Shown: positions 12,331-25,466 of the stretch, one piece after another | Layout: each line of letters begins with the position of its first letter | Numbering within the stretch: the stretch's first letter is position 1 | From: Marsupella aquatica | Lineage: Eukaryota; Plantae; Marchantiophyta | NCBI GenBank assembly: GCA_973895155.1 | Contig: OZ316892.1 | Coordinates: 23,817,971 to 23,881,970 of the forward strand | Length of the DNA stretch: 64,000 bases | Reading direction: 5' to 3' | The notes under the pieces: generated by a model | The model's input: the letters and a program-made list of their open reading frames with translations, nothing else | Database searches by the model: none | What the model was told of the DNA's origin: nothing | Translations under genes and position numbers: made by a program

Positions 12331-15251
12331 GACCTTACTAAGGCCTTGGTCGTTTGTCACAGACGTGCGTGGTTTCGGCGTTCTTTAGGTTGTGCTAGCA
12401 ACAGATGGCCGAAAACCACAGGCCGGCCAGGTTTCAGCTTCGTGTTGCTGCCTGTTGCTTGGCCTTCACTCCTTCATTTGATCCCTACCCTAACGCCCCA
12501 TGGTGGACCCTACCAAACCTTTCAAGGCTATACACACACAAGAATGTTAAGTTCTTCCTTCATCCAATCCAAATAATAGCAGGGCCGGCTTGTAGGATTG
12601 GATCGATCAACTTCCAGTCAGCATCTGCACTGCAGACAGCAATATGTGACATGCATTAGTGTGCAAGACCAGGCTGGACTCCTGAAGTGTGCAACACCAG
12701 GCTGGAAGGTAGGATCAATTTTCAACTGGCATATTGCACTGACATGTGGCATTTCGATCACTAGCTGGTGGTGCAGTAGCAGGGTGCGCGCTGGTAGGAT
12801 CAAATTTTCCATTAGACTTTGCATGGACACTTGCAGGTGCGCGCCGGCATGTATTGAATTAATTCATCATTCCTGCCAGTCCCTCGATTGAACTTCTATG
12901 CCTAGTTAGCTCAGCTAGACAGTTCTAACAAATATTTGTTCATGCTTCTATGTTTAACATGTATATGATCTTTCTATCGGGACATGTAGTGTCATTAACT
13001 CACCCGCCATTTCGCCGTGTGCATGTATGTGCGCTTTCACCCTGTCCTTTCCCCTATCGCCCACCAGTTTTCGGTGCTTGCGTATGGGGCCTTGCTAGGC
13101 CAAGTTGATACTTAAGCGTGTCCAAGAGTAACGTAATCCTTTGATTGTTACGTGAAATCTTGGTTTCTAGAGTTGGATCTAGTAGAAGTGCATCTATAAA
13201 TTGTACATTTCTTTTCTGCTCCATCGTCGATCTCTGGTCTTCTGTTATTCCTCTTGGTGCTGGTATAGTGGTAACTATATATAGTTATCATTAAAGTGAT
13301 AGTGATATATATGACCCGGCCATAAAGTCGTGCTCCACCTTCAAATTCAGTTCCTTTGGATGCCACAAACCCAAACATTCATTTGTCGAAGAGACGTACA
13401 GGAGTATACGACGGGATCAAGGCATGATCAACGTACGTCTAGTGTGCATCTAGCTTATCATACGTACCTGAGGGAGACTTAGACATCCTCAATCCATCTG
13501 AGCAATATATCTGATCGACGAACATCGCCCCTGATCGATCGATCACAGCGAAGGTGGGCGTGCAAACTGTGTTGGGCCGGGTAGTGTACTTTCAGAGATG
13601 ACCTTCAGCTCAGAGGAAATTGACGTTTGACGATTGAAGCAATTTTGTCGACCAGTGCAAGGTGGAAATGCAAACCAACAGAACCCTACAATACTTCCTA
13701 TTTCCAAACTTCGGAGGAGTTGCAGATGGTATAAAGCGGAATGCCAGTCACCGTCATTGTAAGGGGCAACTTAACTGCAATATTGGTAGTCACCATAAGT
13801 GTGAGGGGCAGCTGGAGTGCTCTTAAAGACACAGTTGGGAAGAAGTTAGTTGGGAAAAGGAAGGAATCTTAATGAAAGTGTAGATTGACAACACAAACAG
13901 ATTCTAGTATATGATATATTGCATTGTATAGTTTCTTTGAAATAATGAAATTGACTACGGAAGCTCTCACCGGTTTTTAGCTTGTGAAATGGATGGTCTC
14001 AAGGTGACATTTCTGATGTAACACGATTTACACCAATAGTACTGGGTATTCACTGGATATTTATTCCTGCTGTACGTGGACGACTTTTATGATAACCATG
14101 TAATCTCATGACCAGATCTGACAATTGGACTCTTAGATCTCAAAATAAGATCAACCCATGTGATCTTGTTGACAGAAAAATAATATGATCAAAATTACAG
14201 ATCTCAAAAGCTAAATGTTTGTCTTGGAAAACGACATATATGAAATTGCCCAAAACGTTCCGGCCAAGTTTAAGTCCCGGTTTCAGTAACAAAATGAATC
14301 CAACAGTACATTAAACATTATTTTGGATTGTTTTAGAATTTTTTTGATATTCATCTCCTTATTGATAGAGCTTAGCTCCATCTTTTTTCATCTGGTTGAA
14401 TACATCAAATAAATTAGATTAAGAAAGTGATTGATTTTTAGGAATGAACATAAGTACCAATGAATAATTAATTAACACCTTTCGATGAGGATGCTTCCAA
14501 CCGTAAAATCCAAGAGACTCAGTAAGAATTGTGTCGAGTCTCAGGTTCAAATGAGGTAGTGTGTCGGGTTGATTTACTTCCAAAGCTGATGAAGGTGAAT
14601 TTTCAATGTCATAGAGGCGTTTTGAAATAAGTTTCTTACCTCGCAAATTCCTTGCATGTATGATGGGGAACCACACTCTTCTTGAGGGGTTTCCAAACAA
14701 AATATTATCTTGCGAATTTCTTGCATGATCGGGAGCCATACTCTTCTTGCTTTAGTTGGTGTGTTAATTTACCCCTAACATACACATGTGCTAGATCTCC
14801 AATTATATATATCTATAAATTAGTGATTCAATTCTCACCATGCAAATCCCGACACGGGAATGGGGAGAAAATAAAATCCAAGAAACACGGCATCGATGAC
14901 AGACAGGTCATGCACCACTAGTTAATTTCTTTGACTATATTATCTTGAACGGCAACAAGCAAGACTCAACGTAAGCCTTGTCAGCCATTACCTACAATTA
15001 ATCACTGTCAAAGTTGCCAACGACAGGGAATTTGAGAGGGAATTGAATGAACGGAGTACACAGTACGTACGTCCAATCTGATAATCTTGAATATAGTTAC
15101 CAGTTAATCGATCTTATACTTAATTTAATCACTATCAAAGACAAGGTATATATCACAACAGGAAATACAATGAGGAGTCGCGCGCAGTGTATGATAATCT
15201 TGAACATAGAGGACATCGAGTGATCAGTAAATACTAGACAAGTATGAATCG

Positions 15252-15685
15252 AGGCCTTGGTTGTTTGTCATAGACATGTTTTCGGGGTACTTTAGGTCGT
15301 TGGAGCAAACAGACGACAGACCAGGTTTTAGCTTCGTGTTGAATTGCTGCCTGTTGCTTGCCCTTCACTCTTTCATTTGATCCCCTACCCTAACGCCCCA
15401 TGGTGGACCCTACCAAACCTTTCAAGACTATACACATGCAAGAATGTAAATTTCTTCCTTCATCCAATCCAATTAATAGCAGGGCCGGCTTGTAGGAGAA
15501 ACTTCCAGTTAATTAGCATCGATCTGCACTGCAGACAGCAATATGTGACATTCCTTTAGAGTGCAAGAGCAGGCTAGCGAGACTCCTGAAGTGTGCAACA
15601 CCAGGCTGGAAGGTAGGATTGATCAACTTTCGATTGACACATTGCACTGACATGTGGCATTTCACTATATAGTTAGTGGTGCAAT
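15252..15685 (+). repeat. Direct copy of the SPH upstream region 12341-12760
   Basis: aggccttggt..tttgtca, ctaccctaacgccccatggtggaccctaccaaacctttcaag and gaagtgtgcaacaccaggctggaaggtaggat are shared. Confidence 0.9.
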
Positions 15686-15880
15686 ATATTGGAAGGCTGG
15701 TGCAGATGCTAACTGGAAGTTGATCCTACAAGCCGGGCTTCTATTGGATAGGATGAAGGAAGGAACATTCTTATGTGTGTACGTATAGTCTTGAAAGGTT
15801 CCGTAGGGTCCACCATGGGGCGTTAGGGTAGGGGATCAAATGAAAGAGTGAAGGGCAAGCAATAGGCAGCAATTCAACAC
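15336..15880. repeat. Long inverted repeat (arms 15336-15529 and 15700-15880)
   Basis: gtgttgaattgctgcct...catggtggaccctac is mirrored by gtagggtccaccatg...aggcagcaattcaacac. Confidence 0.9.
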
Positions 15881-18800
15881 TAATAGCTCAGAAGATTATT
15901 CAAACAGACACAACAATGAATGCACCAGATGTATATATTGCCAGGAAAATCCCTGAACAGTCAAAATACTGAATGGCTACTCTGTCTCCATCAAGACATC
16001 GACTGTGGCAAAATGGTGTTTACACAAATATTGACAGCGTTTCCAGAAACAGTGGACAAAAGATTCAATTAACAAATTGAGTAGCAAACGAAAGAACATT
16101 GGAAACAAATTAAAGAGCAAGAGAAACAATTGAGTAAGAAACCAGAGATGAAGCACAGTCCACATATTGTGCCTTCCATAGCAGTGAGGGTCTGGAGCTG
16201 CGTGATGATGCCCGCACTAGTGACCAAGAATATAGCAGGCAATAGACAATGTGGGGAAAATGAAGATGACAAACGTCCTTCCGGATGCGAGTGGGGGATG
16301 CCAGCCCAGATTCACGGATTCTACTAAAATGCATCAAGAATTGCACCTCTCAGTGCGCGCTGTCAAAGTATATACAGCAGACAACAACACCTCCCAATGC
16401 GAGTAGAGGAAAGAAGTTGCACGAGCAAGAGATGAATGATGAACCAAAACAAAATTGAGATGGAAACTTCAATTGAAACTCAGATGGAAGCAGCAAATAC
16501 TACCAGGTGCAGATTCAAACCAGGCTCTCCTTTGCCTTAGTGTGTCCCTTCTTCCTTCTCCCAAGCAGCCAAACAGAAGCAGTCGTGCCCTCCTATCCAA
16601 TCTAGGCTTCAGTCGGACAGAAAATAGTGGCCAGGCTATACTAAACGATAATAGCAAACCATCGGCCCCTGACAACCAATCTGCGGTTCAAAGGCAACGA
16701 TCATGTTCAGGTCCAACACTCCCAGAAAAATTGTCGTCCTCTAGACTCCGTCTACAACATTGAGCTTACCCATGGCAGCGACATACATGCATAGCTTTGC
16801 AATTTAAAAGGGGAAATAAGAGGAGGAATGCAAGGGGGAGGAACGCAAGAGGGAGGATTGTGCAAGGAGTAATGTCAGTAGGGGAACATAGCTAGGACCA
16901 AGGCAATAGTGAGGCCAACTCGCTGCAACCTCCCAAGCTTGATGTAATGTCCCAAGCTGTCGCTGAATTGTTTGGGACAATGAGGCAGCAACTTGCAATG
17001 GTCTGGGACCCAACTCCAAGTGATGGCACACAGGAAGCAGTGAAATGGTCTGAGCACACAAGAAGCAGTTGGCAATCACAATAAGCAAAACATTGGACCA
17101 CAATCGCTCACACCACGGAGATGGCAATGGTGGTGAGCACACAATAGATGGTGATGGCGAATGAAGGCGATAGAGGCAAGCGATAGAGGCAATAGAGGCC
17201 GGCAAGCAGATACCAATGTCAACCAAAGCAAAATGACAGTAACAGTCGGCCTTAATTGACATCTACCTCCTCTCCAAACTTGTCGCGGACCTCAGGCAGC
17301 AGCAGTCTCTTGACACTCAGGCCCTTGCATGCTTGGGCTAGTGGACCGTTTGGTTTATCATCATTAATTGGGAACCTTCAAGGGTTTGGAAGCTCCGTAT
17401 CAGACCATGGGGGCACCACAATCTGAGCGGTGGCAAATGTGCCTTGGATCCCTAGGCAACCATCAAGAAGCTCTTGTCACCCTGGGCCCTCACTCTTACT
17501 ACTATATTAAGTGAACCTATATTAAGTGAACCCCCTTGAGAACAGACACCCCCCAGTGCACCCCTTCCTAATATTTTTGTTCACAAAAAAAATCTCCTTG
17601 TTAATGTAAAAATATTAACTTTTCTATTAAATTTTATCCTTTTGTAAATTATAATAGAGTTTGAAAACACCCTTGAATTTTTAAAATTGTAAATATCATA
17701 TTGAAATAGATGAGACTGCATAGGGGACTTGTATGGCTGTTACGCCCAATGTTCAGGATACATATTTTATATAGATGAACAAAATTAATACACTACAAGA
17801 ATAATTCTTCCTATAGTATACAAACAGGCATGCACTCTCCTCTTAGTGTTTGCAACAGTGCCTCTAAACTTCTGGTTTCATGAGTACTATATGTATAATT
17901 GAGGGATAATACTCCAAAGTCTGAACCAACTATAACAAGCATTGGTTGAGCACCCGATACCCCCCTACACACGCAAACACATCTAGCCTCATACCTGGCT
18001 GTTTGATTTAAGAGAATTCAAAAGTAATCTTGTCCGTCCATGTGGGGTTGATCCATGAATCCCCATCAATCCTAGATTCCCAACATTTACTCAACTCCCG
18101 ACTTAACTCCTAAACATGTGGGTAAACATGTCTACCCAAAACCATTTGTCCCACCATAAAGGGTCCCACAAAACTAAACTTGCCTTAAGACAACAAATAA
18201 TTAAATGTCTGATTTACTATATATGAACACGTGTGCAAATGAGGTGATGACTGTATGTGTCCCAACCATATAGTGACGCGTGTACTTGGCATTTTGGGTA
18301 CCCTTGCGTAAGAATAATGTGACATGTATTTGATAAGAGCCTTATTACTAATATTGTGATGAATGTATATAAAGGGATGTTGTCTACTTTAAAAATTATT
18401 ATTAAAATTTGTTTGTATTACATTAAAAATACGTACCCTTGCATTGTTCGCACGTCCTCCTGTATTAGTAATGCTGAGGGCCCAGGGTCTTGTCAAAGTC
18501 CAAGCAAGCAAGAGGATTTGAACTTTCCTTCACATTTTTTTCATTTACATATTCTTGTTTTTTACCACTGGTTGTGCAATGCTTGTTTTAATTTTCTGGG
18601 ATATACTCCCATGTTGCATGTGACCAGGAGATCATCCTCAAAATCTTGTTGATGGCTCATTGGGACAGATTTTAATCTGTTAGGTAGGTCTAGTACCTAA
18701 GCACCTGGACTGTGGAAATCAGTATACTAAATATGGGCATCAGATATGACAGTCATGTAGCCTCGGGGAGTTAACTTAGTATATATTTTGGGGTACCACG

Positions 18801-19299
18801 TGCAATCCTAGCCTAATATAAACACGCCTATTTTATAACGGGAATATTCCAAAAATACTCTCTATTTTTAATATTAATGACCTATATTATTTTATAAAAG
18901 GTATATATTAGAGAATATTTTACAAATATGGGTTTATAATACCTTCTTTTGCTTCCTACGCTTTTTAAAATTTTAGTTAATCTCTATGAAAATTACCTAT
19001 TTTGGATAGCACGTGGTTCCTAAAATTTTTGATAGTCAACCCCTCGAGCATGCAGCCCATTCTTGTATTTTTTATAAGGCACAGTCAGACTGAGAACTTG
19101 ACCAAATGCCAGCTAAGTTTAATAATCTAGATGCTTTCTTGGAGCCACTAATTTGAGATCTCCAAGAGTTATTTGGTGATGAATTGGGTTCATTTGGACA
19201 TTTTCCTACCAGCCTGAGATCTCGCCTGAGATAATACATCCCATGATCAAAACTAGTACATTTAGATCATGTAGATGTCAATGGTGCATATTCACCAGG

Positions 19300-20640
19300 G
19301 ATATGTGAACCTGCCACGGATTGCATCGACGATCGATTTCCCGACGAGGAGCTATTCGTTGTGGAAATAACTGATACATGGTACCCTGAGATTTTACAAT
19401 TTCTCAGCACTTCCAGATTACAGCCAGGGCTAAGTCGAGAGCAAGCCGCAGTCTTTCTGCGGAAGGTTAGATAGTATCAATGCATTAAGGGTGTACTATA
19501 CAGGCATGGAATCAATGGCACAATTCAACGGTGTTTGGAGGAGGGAGAAGTAAAACGAGTCTTACGAGCTATGCATGGGGAGGAGGCCGGGGGCATTTCG
19601 CTCCACTAACCACTTCTAAAAAGATATTAAATGCCGGTTACTAGTGGCCCACCTTGCACAAGGATGTCTATAAGTTTATCAAACAATGCGATCCTTGTCA
19701 GCGAGCGGGAGGGCCAAGGGCATCCACAAGACATCCACATCACCGTATTCTACCTCTGGCACCATTTGAAAAGTGGGGTATTGATTACATCAGACCTCTG
19801 AAACCATTGACTCATCCTCGAAGAAACAAGTACATAATCTTGGCCACGGATTATGCAACTAAGTGGGTATAGGCCAGGCCGACAACAAAGGATGATGCAA
19901 TTACTATAGCTTGATTCATGTATTCATGAGCAGATCTTCACCAGGTATGGCGCACCCTTAGAATTAGTCAGTGATAGAGGAACCCATTTTCTGAATGGTA
20001 TAATTAGTTGTTTAAATGAGCAGTATTTAGTTAGACATAGGCCTACTACTCCCTACCACCCAAAGGCAAATGGGTTGACAGAACGAGCCAATGGAATTAT
20101 AGGAAAGATATTGAACAAAACTGTCGCTCAGAACAAACTCGATTGAGATGATAAATTGTTTGTTGCTATTTTTGCTTACAATTTAGCCTATAAATCCACT
20201 ACCGGTCATACATCTTTTTCCCTAACCTTTGGGCAGGAAGCCCTGGTACCAATGCAGCTTGAGATTCCTACATTTCTAGTTACAATTGAGGAGAGATCTT
20301 CAGCGGAGGAAAGCCTAAAGGAGCGAGAGTATAGGTTAGAAGCTTTAGAGGAGGCAAGAGTGATTTCAGCTGAGAGAGTAAAATATAGACAGAATACCAT
20401 GAAGCAACAGTATGATAAGAGGTTAAAACCAGTTAGTATTCACACAGGAGATCTTGTATTACTTTATGACAGTAGGTATAATAGGTTTCCAGGTAAACTT
20501 TACACTTGCTGGTTAGGACCCTTTAGAGTAACCATGAAGTTCTCCAATGGCTCCGTGCAATTGGCCAACATTACTGGAGAGGTGTACCCAGTTTGCATCC
20601 ATTACGATCGCCTCAAGAAATATTATATGGACAAAGATGA
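19300..20640 (+). pseudogene. Ty3/gypsy (Athila-like) integrase region, 5'-truncated and degenerate
   Basis: DDRFPDEELF linker, H..GGH/CDPCQR zinc motif, PFEKWGIDY, DYATKWV, SDRGTHF, TPYHPKANGLTERAN, WLGPF; several stops and frameshifts. Confidence 0.9.
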
Positions 20641-20682
20641 AGTTATTCGCGAGGACGCTTCACAATTAAGTGGGGAGCTATG

Positions 20683-21756
20683 TGATGCCTAGCCAGGAAT
20701 CACTAGCCCGATTTAATGGTAAAGCAGGACTGTACCCTGGAAACACCTTAGTATAGGAACAAAATAAGGAAAATATAAACAATTAAGGGTGACTATGGAA
20801 CCCGGGCCAAGGTCGGAAGTAAGGACGCCGGGGGAGAGAACACGATTAGGGTTAGGGCGCGCTAAGCGTCGGCGGCTAGGGGGGACCAACGGGAGGGAAG
20901 ACCTTAGGAGGAGAGGGGTAAGGACTGCTCGCGAGGAATAGTGGCTCATTTGCAAGAACGAACTGGGCAGACAACTACGGGAGGCCAATTGCTGTCAGCT
21001 GCTTAGGCAAGCACTTGGGGTAGGAACAGATACCAACGATCGACTCAAGGAGGGTATGAGCAACGTCAATCAAGCGACAGATTTTTGGGGATGCTGTTCA
21101 AAAGGGCAAGTAATCTGTCAGAGGACGGACCAACGGTAGTGGCTGCGGAGGAAACATTGGGGGCGTCCATTGAAAACCAGCCACCGGTGTCGTGACGGTG
21201 TAAGGGCGCCGTCCCTTCTAGGGAGGGCGGACGTGGAGGTAGGAGGCGTGAGTGGGCAGGGCGGGCCTGAGTCTAAACTTGGAGACTTAGGATCAGGACC
21301 AGGAGACGGTCCTGACACTTAGATTAGTGGGATTTTGGATCCGCGGGTGAGGGCGACACTTGTGCTCCTGCCTCACTGTACATAGGTAGATTATAGTTAG
21401 GTAGATTATAGTAGGTAGATTAGGCTTACGCTGCAAGGAATCAGGCGGATCCACAACCAGGATAAGTACCTAGGCTGCAGGGAGTTCAGGGCCTCTTCTT
21501 TAGCAAGTTTTTAGTTGCACCAGCAGGGCTGGGATCAAGTAGTAAGAGAAGCTCTCGGTTAGTTATACAGTGACCTTGTGTATATCCATGTTTCCTCATA
21601 CCTAAGAACTGAATAGAGTTGGCCTCACGGCTTAGTTCGCAGAGCTTGTGTATGAGATGTACTGTTTGTATTGCAAGTGCATGGTATAACTCAGTCAGAA
21701 GGAGTCATTTTGCTATCTGTGTGTCGCATTAACTTGTGTGAAGAGTGCCCACATCA
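20683..21756 (+). mobile_element. 3' LTR of the gypsy element
   Basis: Preceded by purine tract aagtggggagc; TGATG...CATCA inverted termini; only one copy in the window, so the right boundary is inferred. Confidence 0.65.
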
Positions 21757-22399
21757 AGAAGAAGAAGGGAAGTAAGCAAGGGAGTGAGAGTTGGATCTGT
21801 CGAGCTGAGAGAGGTCTTAGCGGCTTAACCAAACCAATTGGGGATCATTCCGGCAGCGGAATCCAAATATACCTAACCAACGGGAGGGAAAGACAAGAGA
21901 AGGCCTAGATTGGGCCAACTGCGTATCTCATGACCCGATGAAGGATCTGTCCAGTATATGTGTGTAAAATGTTAATAGTAGTAGTAGGAAGTTAGCAGCG
22001 TCCCATGCCGCTAAGCCACGGAAACGGCCTCGCCGAGCATGAAACCTGCGGGAATCAGCTTGGGCGGGGGGGTTTCTTGGGTTTGGGGAGCCATGGGATG
22101 CACCACAGTTTCAGACAAGTAGGAAAGGTTCAATGTGTAGGAATGTAGTACCTTGTTGTCCAAGTAAATTTGTTCTGATCTGCTTGGCCCCTTTTTGGCT
22201 GTTTTGGCCCTTGTATTGCCTTTGCGGCTTCTTTTCCCATGGCACTTCATGTGTTTCAGGGAAAAAAACAGTATGAGAGATTGTACAATTTGTGGTAATA
22301 TTCTTGGGCAGAGTGGTTGTCACTCTCTATTTTTTGCAATGCTTGTGGATGTTTTCAGTACTAGGGTGATTCTAAAAAATCGTAATTCTCCTTGCTCAA

Positions 22400-23515
22400 T
22401 TTGAATGATGTGTTCAATTTTCTTCTTAATATGATACTAGTGATTGTGACTCATTCATTGCCTATTACACCACTAGTAGTTAGTTACAACAAAGAGACTC
22501 TTCAATTGTAACTGTTTAAACCCTAAGTTACCCTATACCCAATCCATACATACAACCAAGAAAGTCATTAATTTTCACTCTTGTGGTCACTACTTACGAC
22601 ATGAAGAGCAGTTTATTACAACCAGGCAAGTCATTTGTAATGATCAGTGAAGTGGTGTTTTACAACAAAATGAGTATTTGGTTATAACTAGCACATCTAT
22701 TGTGGCAACAATCTGAGTCATTAAAAGGACTAGTAAAGTCGTCTGCTATGATTGGTGAAGCCTATTATTTACAGGCAGGTTAGTGGTTTGTAAATACTGG
22801 TGGAGCCATTTGTTATGACAAATGGAGTAGTTTTTGACAACAAGGGGAGCTATTTCTTATGACTAGAGGAGTTGTTGTTGGAGGCATTGTAATGGCAAGT
22901 GGAGCATGTTTTATGACCAGCTTAGTAAACTTTTACAACAATATGAGCTGTTTGGAACGAATGGTTCAGACGTTTGTTATGACCATATATGGAGTGGTGC
23001 TTTACATCAAACTATGTACTATGTTATGACTTGTAGAGTCATAGTAATGGCAAAAGGAGTGATAGTTTTTGACCAGCTAAGTCAAATTTTACAACAATAT
23101 CAGTGTTTTGTGGAGCCTAGTTCAGCCATTTGTTAGGACCATGGAGTGGGGTTTTACAGCAGCTACGTCATATGTCAAGACTAGGGGAGCCATATAAATG
23201 GCAAGTGGAGTTAGTTGGTATCACCAGCCAAGTCATTTTTACAAGAATTTGAGTTGTTTTTAAAGACTAGTTCAAACATTTGTTATGACTGTGCAGTGTA
23301 ACTTTACTAAATTAAAGTCATATGTCATGACTACTATAGACATTTTTGATGACCAGTGGAGTAATTTACACAAGAGTCATTCGAATGACTCTTGACCATA
23401 TGAGTGGCAAGACAAATGACTTGAGTCCTAGAAATGACTCAAGTGAAAGTGAGTCCTAAGTTAGTCATACCCTAGTCCTACGTGAAGTCATAGTTGACCC
23501 CGTTTTCTACTAGTG
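22400..23515. mobile_element. CACTA (En/Spm) element end with degenerate subterminal repeats
   Basis: ttttctactagtg at 23503-23515 is the reverse complement of CACTAGTAGAAAA; preceded by ~1 kb of decayed repeats (ttatgac/gtcat); it cuts the gag ORF exactly; partner TIR not found. Confidence 0.7.
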
Positions 23516-25278
23516 TCCAGCTTGTTGAGCCTTGATTGCTTCCAAGGTTGGACAGTGTGGTGCAAGATGTCCCTCCCCCTTGCACAATTGACACAACCGG
23601 GCAAAATCTCCGTTCCCTTGACGTGTGGGCTCCGAGCACACGTTAGCGTAGTGGCCAGCCACCCTACAATTGTAACAAATAGGGACCTTTCTTACTCCGG
23701 CCCGGATACGGTGGCCTATTCCCGGGAGTAGCGTTGGAATAGTTGGCATATGGGGGTGCTCCAGCGTTAGTTGAGATCCCATGAATGCTCCTTGGTCCCG
23801 GGTTGAGCTGCTGCACACTATACACATTGGCCTCCGGTGGCTCCTCCATGAAGTACTTGACTGGCCCCTCCGCTACATAGGAAGAGGTTGAGTAGCTTGC
23901 TCCCTCAACGTCATCCTCCCGTACTTGGAAAACCTTGGCTGGTTCTCCCGTTGGACACTTCTTTGGGGGATGACCAAACTTCATGCACTTGGTGCACCAC
24001 ACGTTGGCTCTCTCCACTGGAACCTTTTTCCTCTCTGGCTTGAGACCTGCAAAGTGCACCTTCAATGCTTTCATTTGCTCTGTCAACTCATCGTACCTGG
24101 CCTCTTGCTCCTTGAGTTGTCTTGCCGTAGACAATGGTGTTACTGCCACCATGGGTAGCACCACTTCTCGATGAGACGACTTCTTGGCCTTCTTGGACAA
24201 CTTCTTCTTCCTCTTCTTTTGCTTCTCAGCTTTTGATTCCGTAGTGTCTGACTCCATAGTGCTCTCAGAGTCCTTGGATTCATCACTACCGTCCGACTCG
24301 GATTCACTTGACTCCTCACTAGAGGAATTGTCCACAGGCTTCAACTTCTTCTTCGGCAGCGCTTGCTCGTGGCGTCGGCGGCAGTGTATGACTCCGCTGC
24401 TGCAATAGCCTCAGCCAATGTGGTTGGCTTGGCCTGTCGTACAAAGAACCCCATCTTGCTGGTAGGGCAGCTACAAACCACGCTTGTCGCATAGCATTGT
24501 CGGTACGGGCTTGTATCCGCCGTACCAGCTTCTGGAATCTTTGCAAGAACCTCCGTAGTGACTCTTTCTTCTTCATTCTAAGTTGACCCACCTTCAATAG
24601 TGAGGTGGCCTCCACTCCAATGGATCTGAACTCCTTCAAGAAGGCTTGCTTGAATAAAGCCCAATCAGCTTTGACGTTGGCCAACAAGGAAATGAACCAT
24701 GGGCCTGCCTCTCCCCTCATCATTCCAGGAATGATAGTGAGCTTGTGTGCAGACTCCCCATTAGCTTCGGCTATTCCCTCAAACTCCTCAATCCATTCGT
24801 CGAGATCATCCTTCGGCCTACCCTTGAAGGGTACGTGCTGAACACGGGTACGTTGAGCAACGGCCATGTGAACTATTTGGGGTAGCGCAGACCTCCGTGC
24901 CACTAGTAGCAATGCAATGGGCTCCGGATTTGGACTCCGTGAAAGCTCCCGTTGCACCACCCCAAAGAGCTCCCTCTGCTCTAGCTCTTGGTCTGCTTCT
25001 GGTTTGTCGTCTACACGTATGGCTTCATTATGTTGAGCCGCTTCTTGGTGTACTCCACGATGTCCTCCCAACTCTAGTGGCAACCTCCACTCCTCAGCAA
25101 GTTGTAATCGTTCTTCGGCCGCCACTCTTCGTCTAGTACCAATCCAAGATGGCACTTGGCCTAGCTTTGGTATTGGCGTACAAATGTGTTGGGGAGTTAC
25201 TCTGTACCTCCCCTTCTCCCTCTCGGCATCCCATTGAGTCCTGCATGCCAAGCTCACCAAAAACAATGTCACCAACAA
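23516..25278 (-). pseudogene. Ty3/gypsy gag with three CCHC zinc knuckles, frameshifted
   Basis: PFKGRPKDDLDEWIEEFE...AGPWF...DWALFKQAFLKEF...ESLRRFLQRF gag core; CTKCMKFGHPPKKC, CYNCRVAGHYANVC, CQLCKGEGHLAPHC across three frames. Confidence 0.9.
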
Positions 25279-25449
25279 ATCTTCTCACACATCAACCGTC
25301 GCAAGTTGCGTGGTGGTTGATGCACAATAACAGAGTAACCAAAGAACTTCTCACGTATCAACCGTCGCAAGTTGCTTTGTGGTTGATACACCTGAAATCC
25401 ACATAGACGTAGCTCCCCTCCTTCTGCAACCAAACAAGAAGAAGGTGTT

Positions 25450-25466
25450 CCCCGGTAGCGGCGCCA
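25450..25466 (-). other. Primer-binding site, Athila-type (tRNA-Asp-like)
   Basis: Minus strand TTTT-TGGCGCCGCTACCGGGG upstream of gag; resembles the Athila PBS TGGCGCCGTTGCCGGGG. Confidence 0.75.

Noticed and set aside
12049-12891. Plus-strand ORFs of 175, 84 and 97 aa upstream of the SPH gene
   Set aside because: Antisense to the SPH 5' region, and the duplicate at 15252-15685 has indels that do not preserve them
17791-17803. CACTACAAGAATA as left end of the CACTA element
   Set aside because: Does not match the right TIR (CACTAGTAGAAAA) and is not preceded by the TCC TSD
19300-25466. Gag and integrase as one intact retroelement
   Set aside because: Opposite strands, separated by an LTR and a CACTA end; protease and RT are absent
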